A model generated the notes under the pieces. That model had not been told where the DNA came from, ran no database searches, and saw only the letters and a program-made list of their open reading frames with translations. This document shows positions 1-9,343 of a stretch of DNA of 64,000 nt, piece by piece; the stretch's first letter is position 1, and the number at the start of each line of letters is the position of its first letter. The position numbers were made by a program, and so were the translations under genes. The DNA is from Dehalococcoidia bacterium (lineage in GTDB: Bacteria; Chloroflexota; Dehalococcoidia; Bin125), in NCBI GenBank assembly GCA_965220315.1, contig CBDCPP010000002.1:45736-109735 (forward strand), in the 5' to 3' direction.

Positions 1-171
1 TCGCGGCCGCTACAGGACAGACTCCTGACAGAGGCGGGAGTAGCGACGATCAGCGGCACGAGCTTCGGGGCGGACGGGGAAGGGTTCTTGCGGCTGTCGT
101 ACGCGAGCAGCCTGGATCATATTCGCACGGCGGTGGATCGTATCCGCGCCTTCCTCAACGGGAGTGTGTGA
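1..171 (+). CDS. PLP-dependent aminotransferase class I/II, 3' end only
   Basis: Frame 1 reads ...LLTEAGVATISGTSFGADGEGFLRLSYASSLDHI...NGSV*, matching the class I/II C-terminal G-x-x-F-G...RLSYA motif; truncated at window start. Confidence 0.85.
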   Translation, partial: SRPLQDRLLTEAGVATISGTSFGADGEGFLRLSYASSLDHIRTAVDRIRAFLNGSV

Positions 172-239
172 GGCAAGCGAGGACCATGCGACGTTCGGTT
201 GCGCACGGAAGTCTCGCCCCAGTGGCGGCGCGGCGAACT

Positions 240-267
240 TTGCAGGAAAGCAGGCCGCTGCGATAAT
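240..267 (+). promoter_or_regulatory. Candidate sigma70 promoter for the LLM pair
   Basis: TTGCAG-N16-GATAAT with TG just upstream of the -10 (extended -10). Confidence 0.4.
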
Positions 268-336
268 ACGCGCCGTCCACTTTGCGGCCGTTCAGGCACG
301 ATCCTGCACCAAAACAGTGGCTTGGGGAGGCGAACG

Positions 337-1425
337 ATGGAGTTAGGTTTGGTTTTGAACACGCACGGCGTGGGCAGTCGCGACGATGCGGACTGGTGGC
401 ATCAGCCGATGGATCCGGATGAGATGAAGCCGGTGGAGGCGGCGCAGATGGCGGAGCGGCTGGGGTTCCACTCGGTTTGGGTGGGAGACCACGTAGCGCT
501 AAAGGAAACATCGCCGGAATCGACATCGCCGGTACACGTGGAGGGGCGATCGAACCCGGAGGTACGGCAGAGGGGAACGGGGGATACGGACGTAGGGGGC
601 AGCAAACGGCACTATCCACCGCGGCCCAACATCCTAGACGGGGTGGCGTGTTTCGGAGCGATCGCGGTGAGTACGAGCCGGATCAAGTTCGGACCGGGAG
701 TGTTGATTGCGCCGTACCGGCACCCGCTGAACGACGCGCGGCAATACGCGACGCTCGATTATCTGTCTGGGGGACGGGTGTTTCTTGGAGTGGGACCGGG
801 ATGGATGAAAGAGGAGTTCGACGCGGTGAACCAACCGCACGAGCACCGGCTGGCGATGACGGAGGAGTGTCTTCAGATCTACAAGAAAGCGTGGACGGAG
901 CCACATGTCACGTACCACGGGAAGTTTTATGACTTCGAAAATATGGGGATGGACCCCAAGCCAATCAGTAAGCCGCACCCGCCGATCGCGTACGGCGCGG
1001 TGACGCCGGGGGGGACACGGCTCTGCGCGCGCGAGGCGGACGCGTTCTATCCGATTCTGGTGCGGCCGCACGATGATCCCCACATGCACGACCACTTGGT
1101 CGAGATTCTGAAGAGGGAGTTGGACCGGATCGGGCGGCCGGAATCAGAGATGGGGATGATGGGGCTGATATCGGCGCGGATCAGCAGCGCCGACGACATG
1201 GAGGCCAGGCGAACCCCGCGCCGGAACTGCGGTGGTACGGCGGAGCAGATCGTGAGTGATATGCAGCGTTTCGCGGAGGCGGGCTACTCTCTGCTGGTGG
1301 TGGCACCGGACGTGCCGTCCCATACGTATGCGGAATACAAGGAGCAGGTTGAGTGGCTGGGCAAGGAGGTCTTGCCCGAAGTCAAGCGGATCAAGGCAGC
1401 GGGCAACTGGCGGACGGAGCTTTAG
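337..1425 (+). CDS. LLM class flavin/F420-dependent oxidoreductase
   Basis: AERLGFHSVWVGDH, ATLDYLSGGRVFLGVGPGW, PKPISKPHPPI; ATG at 337 after GGGGAGG RBS. Confidence 0.9.
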   Translation: MELGLVLNTHGVGSRDDADWWHQPMDPDEMKPVEAAQMAERLGFHSVWVGDHVALKETSPESTSPVHVEGRSNPEVRQRGTGDTDVGGSKRHYPPRPNILDGVACFGAIAVSTSRIKFGPGVLIAPYRHPLNDARQYATLDYLSGGRVFLGVGPGWMKEEFDAVNQPHEHRLAMTEECLQIYKKAWTEPHVTYHGKFYDFENMGMDPKPISKPHPPIAYGAVTPGGTRLCAREADAFYPILVRPHDDPHMHDHLVEILKRELDRIGRPESEMGMMGLISARISSADDMEARRTPRRNCGGTAEQIVSDMQRFAEAGYSLLVVAPDVPSHTYAEYKEQVEWLGKEVLPEVKRIKAAGNWRTEL

Positions 1426-1462
1426 GGCCGCACACGCGGCGAGTGATTAGGAGGAAGTAAAC

Positions 1463-2401
1463 ATGGCCAAGCCAGGATTCATTATTTCAGCGCATTTGGG
1501 ACAGCGGCGACAGGTGGTGGAGCTGGCGGTGGAGCTGGAGCGGCGGGGGTTCCCGTTCGTCCTCTGCCCGCATGACTACAGTCCGATCCTCAATGCGAAG
1601 GGTGACCCGCCGCCCCCATACGATGCACTGAGCCTCTGCACAGCGGTGATCCAGGCGACGCACACGATCAAGGTGGGCAGCGGCATCGCGGTGACCTACA
1701 CGCGGCACCCGGCGGAGATGGCGGCGGCAGCGAGCTTCAACCACGAGTTGAGCGAAGGCCGCTTCATCCTGGGTTTGGGGCCGGGGCACAATGGCATCTT
1801 GCAGCGCTACAAGATCCCAACGGAGAAGCCGCTCAGTCACATGAAGAATTACACAGCGCAAGTACAGGCGGCGTTCGCCGAATGGCCGCAGCCGCCGATC
1901 ATCTGGGCGACGTTGCGGACGAAGATGACAACGTTGACGGGGCAAGAGGCGGACGGACTGCTGGCCAACAACTGGGCGCTGTCTCAGGTGCGGGAGCAAC
2001 TGCGCGTGCTGCCGCCGGAGCGGCAGAGCGGCGACTATATCCGCGGGGCGATCGTGCCGACATTCGTGGGGGATCGGAGCGAGGGGTTGGCTGCGATCCG
2101 GAATGCCCTGAGCTTCTACACGACGATGCAGAATTACGTGGAGTATTACCATCAGGCCGGTTTCGGCGAGTCTGCGGAGGCATCCAAAGCTGCGATGGCA
2201 GTGGACGATCGAGCCGCGGCGCGCGCCGCGATCCCCGAGGAGATGGCGGACGAGATGGGGATCGTGGGCACCGCCTCGGAAGTGCGGGAAAAGGTAGAAG
2301 CGTGGCAAGACGCCGGGATCAACTGGCTGGCGCTGTCATCGCTACAGTCATCGGGGAGTCAGTACGACAATATCCTGCAAATCGCGCGGACGTGGGATTG
2401 A
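1463..2401 (+). CDS. LLM class flavin-dependent oxidoreductase
   Basis: IKVGSGIA, ELSEGRFILGLGPGH, IVGTASEVREKV; AGGAGG RBS. Confidence 0.88.
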   Translation: MAKPGFIISAHLGQRRQVVELAVELERRGFPFVLCPHDYSPILNAKGDPPPPYDALSLCTAVIQATHTIKVGSGIAVTYTRHPAEMAAAASFNHELSEGRFILGLGPGHNGILQRYKIPTEKPLSHMKNYTAQVQAAFAEWPQPPIIWATLRTKMTTLTGQEADGLLANNWALSQVREQLRVLPPERQSGDYIRGAIVPTFVGDRSEGLAAIRNALSFYTTMQNYVEYYHQAGFGESAEASKAAMAVDDRAAARAAIPEEMADEMGIVGTASEVREKVEAWQDAGINWLALSSLQSSGSQYDNILQIARTWD

Positions 2402-2429
2402 TCTGGGCGAGGCGGATCGAGCGGGTGTG

Positions 2430-3266
2430 CTAGGCGATGGAGTAGCCGCCGCTGGCACGAATGGTTACGCCGGTGATCCAGTTAGCGCGATCGGAGCAGA
2501 GATAGACGACCGGATCGGCAACATCGCTGGGGATGCCTAGGCGATCGTAGCCCTTGCCCATCGGGTAGAGGCGCAGCATGGCAGCCATGGCCGAATCGGA
2601 CTCGCCGGGGTCACCGGTGTCGCGGGCGCCGGCTGGACCGCGGTGACCGGTGTCGGAGGTGGCACCGGGCGAGACACAGTTGACGTTAATGCGGAAGCGG
2701 CCGACCTCTTTGGCTAAGGCGCGGCTGAAGCCGATCACACCAGCCTTGGCCATGGAGTAAACGACGAGACGGGGTTCGCCGACGATGCCGGCGTCCGAGA
2801 TCAGGCTCACGATCTTGCCGTAGTTGTTTTGCATCATGTGAGGCACGACCGCCTGGGTGCAGTGCAGCACGCCGTAAGTGATGACGTGCATCGTGCGGTG
2901 CCAGCCATCGGGATCGGTATCGATGAAGTACTTACCGGTGGCGGAGGGTAGATCGGAGCCGCCGACATCGGTGGGACGAAGCGGGATGCCGGCGTTGTTG
3001 ATCAGTATCTCGAGGCTGCCGAACTCGTCGATGGCTTGCTGGACCATGGCATCGACGGCAGGGCGATCGGTAACGTCGGCCTTGATGGCGAGAGCGTTAC
3101 CGCCGGCGGCTTTGATCTCGCCGGCAACGGCGTCGGCGCGGCCTTGATCGATGTCATTGATGACAACGTTGACGCCTTCTTCGGCGAGTGTCAGCGCGAT
3201 GCGGCGGCCAATGCCGCGCCCGGAGCCAGTGACGATGCCGGTCTTACCTTGCAGGCCGAGGTCCAT
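2430..3266 (-). CDS. SDR family NAD(P)-dependent oxidoreductase
   Basis: TGSGRGIG, NNAG, YSMAK (YxxxK), NCVSPG. Confidence 0.93.
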   Translation of the reverse strand: MDLGLQGKTGIVTGSGRGIGRRIALTLAEEGVNVVINDIDQGRADAVAGEIKAAGGNALAIKADVTDRPAVDAMVQQAIDEFGSLEILINNAGIPLRPTDVGGSDLPSATGKYFIDTDPDGWHRTMHVITYGVLHCTQAVVPHMMQNNYGKIVSLISDAGIVGEPRLVVYSMAKAGVIGFSRALAKEVGRFRINVNCVSPGATSDTGHRGPAGARDTGDPGESDSAMAAMLRLYPMGKGYDRLGIPSDVADPVVYLCSDRANWITGVTIRASGGYSIA

Positions 3267-3393
3267 AGCGGGGCTCTCCTTCGAGCATTGCGGGGTGGTG
3301 GTCCGCGAGTGTGTCTAACGGGTGAGCGCGGGGCGGTCAATCGAACGATGCCGCTCTCAAGGCTGGGAAGCGGAAGCGCTGCGCCCTTCTCTG

Positions 3394-4317
3394 CTAGCGC
3401 AGCTGCGGGCGTACATTGCAGGCAAAGGCCTCAATGTCCTCCAGCTGCTGCTCAACGTTACCATTGACCACGATGTTCATAGCGATATGGGAGACGCCGA
3501 TCCCTTGCCAAGCACCAATGGTATCGACGAGTTGGTCGTCGCTGCCGTGGAGAGAGCCGTCGTCGAGATCATGCTGCCCGTAGCGGAGGCTGGCGCGGAG
3601 AGAAAGAGTGATGGAAGCAGGGTCGCGGTTAATAGTCTCGCAGTAGCGCTGGACAGTCTGCCATTGCTGTTGGACCTGAGCAGGGCTGCTGTGGAGAGCA
3701 ACGGCGTGGAAATCATCACCGTAGGTGGCGGCGCGGCGATAGGCAGGATCGCTGTGGCCCCCGACCCAGATGGGGATGCGGCCACGGATCGGCTTGGGGT
3801 TAAAGCCGATGGGCTCGAAGTCATAGAAACGGCCGTGGTGCTCGGGCCGCTGTTCGCGAAAAAGAGTACGGAACATGTCGAGCTGCTCGTCGACACGCTG
3901 GCCGCGGTGGTCCCAAGGCATCTCTAGGACTTCAAACTCTTCCTTCATCCAGCCGACGCCCACGCCGAGGATGAACCGGCCCTGAGACAGCACGTCGAGC
4001 GTGATGAGCTGCTTGGCATTCCAGACCGGCTGTCGCATGGCCAGCACGAGCACGGAAACGCCGAGCTGTACTTTCTCGGTGCAGGCGGCGGCGAAGGTCA
4101 GCGATTGAATAGGATCGAGCCAGCCCATACTACGGCCGACGGGCAGCTTGTGATCGGGCGCATACGGGTAGGCACTTTCGATCCGCTGGGGTAGCGCAAC
4201 ATGGTCGCTGACCCACAGGGACTCGTAGCCTAGATCTTCACCTTTCCGGGCTATACGGGCGACGTTGGCGGCGGTGGCGTCGAGGCCAATATGGGGCAGG
4301 TGAACACCAAACTGCAT
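3394..4317 (-). CDS. LLM class oxidoreductase, probably F420-dependent (Rv2161c-like)
   Basis: MQFGVHLP, GYESLWVSDHVALP...YPY, TLDVLSQGRFILGVGVGW, IPIWVGG; start at ATG 4317 after RBS. Confidence 0.9.
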   Translation of the reverse strand: MQFGVHLPHIGLDATAANVARIARKGEDLGYESLWVSDHVALPQRIESAYPYAPDHKLPVGRSMGWLDPIQSLTFAAACTEKVQLGVSVLVLAMRQPVWNAKQLITLDVLSQGRFILGVGVGWMKEEFEVLEMPWDHRGQRVDEQLDMFRTLFREQRPEHHGRFYDFEPIGFNPKPIRGRIPIWVGGHSDPAYRRAATYGDDFHAVALHSSPAQVQQQWQTVQRYCETINRDPASITLSLRASLRYGQHDLDDGSLHGSDDQLVDTIGAWQGIGVSHIAMNIVVNGNVEQQLEDIEAFACNVRPQLR

Positions 4318-4427
4318 GAATGCTCCTAGAGTGCGTGCGACGGACTCCACAAGCGGAGACGGTAGCACCCCCAAAGCACGCTATCCTCGGCGCCGACCGA
4401 TCGCTTCTGCAACAGAGAGACAGGCCG

Positions 4428-5366
4428 ATGACTTCTCCCGCTGCTAGCGCGCCGCCCGCACGGATCGAGGAAGTGAGCGCTGGGATCTATGCATACGTAC
4501 AGCCGGATGGGAGTTGGTGTCTCAACAACCCGGCGTTCATCGCGGGGAGCAGCGGGGTGACGTGCGTGGATGCGTGCGCGACCGAGCAGCGCTCGCGGGA
4601 ACTACTGGCGGCGATCGGCCGCACAACGCAGCGGTCAGTACAGACGCTCGTGAACACCCACCACCATTTGGACCACACGTTCGGGAACTTTGTGTTTGGG
4701 CCCGAGGTGACGATCGTAGGGCACACACGGTGCCGGGAGGAAATTCTGGAAACGGCGGACGAGATCGTGGAACGAGCGTCACAGATGTTTCCGGGGGTCG
4801 ACTGGGGTGCGGTTGAGATCGTGGCGCCGACGCTCACCTTGGACCAGCCCCTGACAATTTACGTGGACGCACTGCGGCTGGAGTTGATCCCGCTCGCGCC
4901 CGCGCATACGACCAACGATGTGGTGGTCTGGGTCCCGGAGCGGCGGGTACTGATCGCGGGCGATCTTCTCTTCAACAGAGGGACGCCCTTCGCGGTGTTT
5001 GGGTCCGTGGCGGGATGGCTGGAATCGTTGGAGACGCTGCGCGCCTTCGGGGCGGAGGTGATCGTGCCGGGGCACGGGGAGGTGTGCGATGCGCGCGTGA
5101 TCGATGATGTGGCGGATTACCTGCGGTTCGTGCAGACGATCGCGGAGGCGGGCTTTGAGGCAGGTGCATCGCCGCTGGAGGTTGCGCGGGATGCGGATCT
5201 CGGCCGGTTCGCGGAGTGGTCTGATCCAGAGCGGTTGGCGGGGAACCTGCACCGGGCTTATTCAGAGCTACGGGGCGAGCAATGGGGGGCGCCTATCGAT
5301 GCAGCGGCCGCGTTCACGGACGTGATCGCGGCCGCTGGGGGCGGACCGCTGCGCTGCTTGGCGTAG
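4428..5366 (+). CDS. MBL-fold metallo-hydrolase (cyclase-like)
   Basis: NTHHHLDHTFGN (HxHxDH), AHTTND, AGDL, PGHG. Confidence 0.9.
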   Translation: MTSPAASAPPARIEEVSAGIYAYVQPDGSWCLNNPAFIAGSSGVTCVDACATEQRSRELLAAIGRTTQRSVQTLVNTHHHLDHTFGNFVFGPEVTIVGHTRCREEILETADEIVERASQMFPGVDWGAVEIVAPTLTLDQPLTIYVDALRLELIPLAPAHTTNDVVVWVPERRVLIAGDLLFNRGTPFAVFGSVAGWLESLETLRAFGAEVIVPGHGEVCDARVIDDVADYLRFVQTIAEAGFEAGASPLEVARDADLGRFAEWSDPERLAGNLHRAYSELRGEQWGAPIDAAAAFTDVIAAAGGGPLRCLA

Positions 5367-5575
5367 AGCGCCATCGATCGCGGTCTGGCAGCGCGATACT
5401 GCAGCCCGTGCCGCTGGAAGATGAAGCGCACGAGCGGCGCCCAGCGATAAGTAAGATCAACGCCACGGCGGCCGTCTCGCCGAATGGCAGCGCCCTCCAG
5501 GCAGCGAGGGTTGCCCATGCGGAGCGCCCTATCGGCCACCCCACAACGTGGGAAGCGAGGCATGGGGAATGGAAG

Positions 5576-6364
5576 CTAGCCGATAGCGGAGAGGAAGGGA
5601 CGGAGTTCGGCAGCGACGAGTTCCGGGCGATCGTCGATCAGGTACGTGCCGCCGTCGAGGGCGACGCAGCGGGCGTCGGGGCAGGCAGCGCAGGCCTCTT
5701 CTTGATGCGGCAGGAGCACGTCATCCTTGCCGCTGAGCATCATCAATGGGCAGCGGATCTGGGGAAGACGGGCGGGCATGTCGTAGCTGAAGACGGCGAG
5801 ATAGGCCTCATGCCAGCGAACGCCGGCGCGGAGAGTATCGACGGTTTCGCGGTGGACCACATCGAGAGCAGGGTTCGGGTCTAAGGATTGGGCGCGCTCC
5901 CAGGCAGTCATGAGATGGCTCCCATCGGGTTGGATCACCATCGCTGCGGTTTTGTTGGTCCAGAACTCGCGCGCGGCGGCGTCCATATAAGGAGGACCTG
6001 CCATCGTCAGGCTGGCAACGCGGTCTGAGGCGCTGGCGGCCATTTCACAGCCAATGGAGGCGCCGGTGTGATGTCCGAAAAGGTGGAAGCGATCCAGGCC
6101 AAGAGCGCGGGTGGCGTCCAAAAGGGTGCGCGCGTAGCTGGGGACGGTGGGTGAGGGCGGGGGCGGGTCGGACTGGCCGAAGCCGGGGGTATCGAAGGCG
6201 TACTGGGGACGCTCGCCGGCAAGATCAGTCATCAACTTTTCGTACATGGCGGATGAGGAGGCCGTCTGATGGAGAAAGACGATCGGCGTGCTGGTCCCGG
6301 CGTCCAGCCATCGGTAGTGGATCTGCGCGGCATCGACTTGGACATAGGCACGTTTGATCTGCAT
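5576..6364 (-). CDS. Alpha/beta-fold hydrolase
   Basis: VFLHQ, DTPGFGQS, GHHTG at the nucleophile elbow (His in place of Ser); start MQIKRAY. Confidence 0.85.
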   Translation of the reverse strand: MQIKRAYVQVDAAQIHYRWLDAGTSTPIVFLHQTASSSAMYEKLMTDLAGERPQYAFDTPGFGQSDPPPPSPTVPSYARTLLDATRALGLDRFHLFGHHTGASIGCEMAASASDRVASLTMAGPPYMDAAAREFWTNKTAAMVIQPDGSHLMTAWERAQSLDPNPALDVVHRETVDTLRAGVRWHEAYLAVFSYDMPARLPQIRCPLMMLSGKDDVLLPHQEEACAACPDARCVALDGGTYLIDDRPELVAAELRPFLSAIG

Positions 6365-6516
6365 GGGGTATCCCTCCACACGGTGCATGCTAGCGGTTGA
6401 AGAGGCGCGCGAGGGCCGCCTTGCGGCTGAGTCTCGGCTGCGCGCGCGTATACTCCGCGGTGTGCCGCCGCGTCCCTGGCGGCGTATGCACGACACCGTA
6501 GAGGGAGGCTCTGCCC

Positions 6517-6999
6517 ATGCCGGACTTTTCCGTGCTGGGAACGAATCACACGGGGATCACCGTCTCGAGCCTCGACCGGGCGGTGGCCTTCTACAGAGAT
6601 GTGCTGGGCTTCACGCTGCGGGACCGGGGTCCGCGCGACCCGGCCTTCATTGAGCAGGTGGTAGCAGTGCCCGGGGCGGACGTGGAGATCGCGTACATGA
6701 CGGCGCCCGGACACACGCTGGAGCTGATCGAGTACCGAGGTCCAGCGGGACGGGGAGCCGTGCGGCCGCGTCCATCGGACACCGGGGCCACGCATATCGC
6801 GTTCAATGTCGATGCGATCGAGGCGGTGGTAACGGCGGTGCGGGCAGCGGGTTTCACAGTGCTAAGCGAACCGCTGCAGGTGGCTGCGGGCCCGAACGCA
6901 GGCGCGCAGGTCGTTTACACACAGGACCCCGACGGCGTGACGCTCGAGTTTATTCAACCGCCGCCGCGTCCGGCTGGTGCGCCAAGAACCGAATCTTAG
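6517..6999 (+). CDS. VOC/glyoxalase family protein
   Basis: NHTGITVSSLDRAVAFYRDVLG, LELIEY, HIAF, DPDGVTLE. Confidence 0.9.
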   Translation: MPDFSVLGTNHTGITVSSLDRAVAFYRDVLGFTLRDRGPRDPAFIEQVVAVPGADVEIAYMTAPGHTLELIEYRGPAGRGAVRPRPSDTGATHIAFNVDAIEAVVTAVRAAGFTVLSEPLQVAAGPNAGAQVVYTQDPDGVTLEFIQPPPRPAGAPRTES

Positions 7000-8141
7000 G
7001 CGACCGCGCCGTCTTCGCGCAGCGCACTGATCTCCGCGTCGGGGCAGCCAGCGGCGCGGAGGATCTCGTCAGTGTGCTCACCGGGATGAACGGGCGGACC
7101 TTGGACGGCGCCAGGGGTGCGGCTGAAACGGGGCGCGGCGCTCGGCTGGGTGACGCCGCCAACTTCCACGAAGGCCTGGCGATGGCGGGCGTGGGGGTGA
7201 TTGGGGGCCTCTTCCAAGGAGAGCACGGGGGCGAAGCAGGAATCGCTGCCCTCCATGATCTCTTGCCACTGAGCCCGGGTCTTGGAACGAAAGATGGCGG
7301 CGAGGCGCTCCTTCATAGCGGGCCAGTGTTGCTCATCGAGTTGGTCGGGGAGCGAGTTGTCCTCGCCTAGACCGGTGAGACGCACGAGCTCGGCGTAGAA
7401 TTGCGGCTCCATTGAGCCGACCGAGACATATTTGTCATCGGCAGTTTGGTAGACATCGTAGAAGTGGGAGCCGGTGTCGAGGCGATTGGTGCCGCGCTCC
7501 GGATGCCAGCGGCCGGCGGCGTGCATGCCGTAGAACATCGTCATCAAGATGGCGGCGCCATCGACCATGGCCGCGTCGACGACCTGTCCTTGGCCGGTGC
7601 GCTGGGCCTCCAGCAGGGCAGCGAGCATGCCGAAAGCAAGCAGGAGACCGCCACCGCCGAAGTCGCCGACAAGGTTGAGGGGAGGAGTGGGCGGTTGGCC
7701 TTTGCGGCCGATAGTGTCCAGCGCGCCGGAGAGGGCAATGTAATTGATGTCGTGGCCAGCCATCTGCTCATAGGGACCCTCTTGGCCCCAGCCGGTCATA
7801 CGTCCGTAGACGAGGCGGGGATTACGCTGGAGGCAGACGTCGGGCCCGATACCGAGGCGCTCACAGACGCCGGGGCGGAAGCCTTCGAAAATGGCGTCGG
7901 CCGTGTCGGTGAGCCGAAGGACTGTTGCAAGGCCAGCGGGCTTCTTTATGTCGACAGCGATGGAGCGACGACCTCGGTTGAGGAGATCCCAGGGAGGCTG
8001 TGAGCGGTCGGCCTCCCGAGCCCAGACGGCCCGGTCGACCCGAATGATTTCGGCGCCCAGATCGGAGAGGAGCATGCCGCAGAACGGCCCGGGGCCGATC
8101 CCGGCTAACTCGATGATGCGTAGTCCCGCTAACGGTCCCAT
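6996..8141 (-). CDS. CaiB/BaiF family III CoA-transferase (alpha-methylacyl-CoA racemase-like)
   Basis: GPLAGLRIIELAGIGPGP, EGFRPGV, GHDINY, NLVGDFGGG. Confidence 0.92.
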   Translation of the reverse strand: MGPLAGLRIIELAGIGPGPFCGMLLSDLGAEIIRVDRAVWAREADRSQPPWDLLNRGRRSIAVDIKKPAGLATVLRLTDTADAIFEGFRPGVCERLGIGPDVCLQRNPRLVYGRMTGWGQEGPYEQMAGHDINYIALSGALDTIGRKGQPPTPPLNLVGDFGGGGLLLAFGMLAALLEAQRTGQGQVVDAAMVDGAAILMTMFYGMHAAGRWHPERGTNRLDTGSHFYDVYQTADDKYVSVGSMEPQFYAELVRLTGLGEDNSLPDQLDEQHWPAMKERLAAIFRSKTRAQWQEIMEGSDSCFAPVLSLEEAPNHPHARHRQAFVEVGGVTQPSAAPRFSRTPGAVQGPPVHPGEHTDEILRAAGCPDAEISALREDGAVA

Positions 8142-8236
8142 GAGGGCCCTCCTTCAAATACGCAGCCTACCGCGTAGGACGCGCTTCGCAACTCCTGTAC
8201 AAGTCGCAGGCGCGCGAAGGATGGAAACTTGCGGGA

Positions 8237-8743
8237 CTAGCCGATGAGCGTAGGAACCAAGCGACGAAGGACATCGCGCAAGGCGACGATGCCTACGACG
8301 CGTTGATCTTCGATCACCGGGAGGAAGCGGACGTTGTCGACGCAGAGACGGTGCAACGCCGTACCCAGAGTGTCCTCCGGCTTCACAACGACAGGATTTG
8401 GGGTCATGAGCTCGCTTACGAAGCAAGCAGTGCCCGGATCCCAGGGGTCGAGTTTGAGGATGAGGTCGCGTTCGGTCAGGATGCCGACGAGAGCGCCCTC
8501 TTCCATGACGGTGAGGGCGCGGATGTTGTGCTTCCGCATCAGCTCCAAGGCATCAGCAGCGGGCGCATCCGCGTCGACGCAGAGCGGGTTGGGCGTGGCG
8601 ATCTCGGAGATCTGCGTTTCGAGCAGCAGTGCGGAGAGAGCATCTGTGGGCGTGGGAATGTCGGCATCACCGATCTCCCAGCTGCAGTCCTCGCACTGAT
8701 CGACGCCGGGGAGGTTCTCGTGATCACAGATAGGGCAGCGCAC
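8237..8743 (-). CDS. CBS-domain protein with N-terminal zinc ribbon
   Basis: CPIC-x10-CEDC followed by a CBS pair (GILTERD, LMTPNP, LPVI). Confidence 0.85.
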   Translation of the reverse strand: MRCPICDHENLPGVDQCEDCSWEIGDADIPTPTDALSALLLETQISEIATPNPLCVDADAPAADALELMRKHNIRALTVMEEGALVGILTERDLILKLDPWDPGTACFVSELMTPNPVVVKPEDTLGTALHRLCVDNVRFLPVIEDQRVVGIVALRDVLRRLVPTLIG

Positions 8744-8745
8744 GG

Positions 8746-9213
8746 TTAGGCACCCTCGGCAGTAGCGGCGGTCTGGGTAGGATCGGGAGGCAAGTTCAGG
8801 ACCGTCTCCGGAATGCTCTCGGCGAGGAAATGCATGATGCCGCGGATGGTAACGACGCCGTGGGGACGGCCACGGTCGTCGACGAGGGCAACGTGACGGT
8901 AACGCTCGCGATCCAATAGGTAGAGCGCGGTCTGGAGGGAGTCCTGTGGGTGCAGCGTGCGGGGGCTGGCGTTCATGATTTCCGACACCGGTGTGTCCGG
9001 GCCAACGTCCGATCCGTAGGCACGCTTGACGAGGTCGCGCTCTGTGAGCAAGCCGGCGAGGCGGGGCCCTTGCAGGACACCAATGTAGCGCACGTTCTCT
9101 TCACGCAAGAGCTTGATGGCATCGTGCAAGGGGGTGTCGACCGAGACGGTGTTGAGCGGGCGGCGGACGAGCGCGGAGATGGGGGTGCGCCTAAATTCGT
9201 CGCTAACGGTCAT
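8746..9213 (-). CDS. CBS-domain protein
   Basis: GLLTERD, IMNASP, YRHVALVD. Confidence 0.85.
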   Translation of the reverse strand: MTVSDEFRRTPISALVRRPLNTVSVDTPLHDAIKLLREENVRYIGVLQGPRLAGLLTERDLVKRAYGSDVGPDTPVSEIMNASPRTLHPQDSLQTALYLLDRERYRHVALVDDRGRPHGVVTIRGIMHFLAESIPETVLNLPPDPTQTAATAEGA

Positions 9214-9343
9214 GCTAAAGCTCCTGTCGCAATTGCGGAGGAACGGCCTTTGAATACTAGCGCGCTGGGGAGAGGACGGGCGGCCTGGTCAGCCGTCGCG
9301 GGGTAAAATCCGTCGCTGCGGATCGTCCAACGCGGGCGGAATG

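Noticed and set aside
5367-5575. Hydrophobic minus-strand stretch (AAVALILLIAG / LVRFIFQRH) suggesting a frameshifted membrane-protein remnant
   Set aside because: Short, with no RBS or recognisable family; compatible with chance
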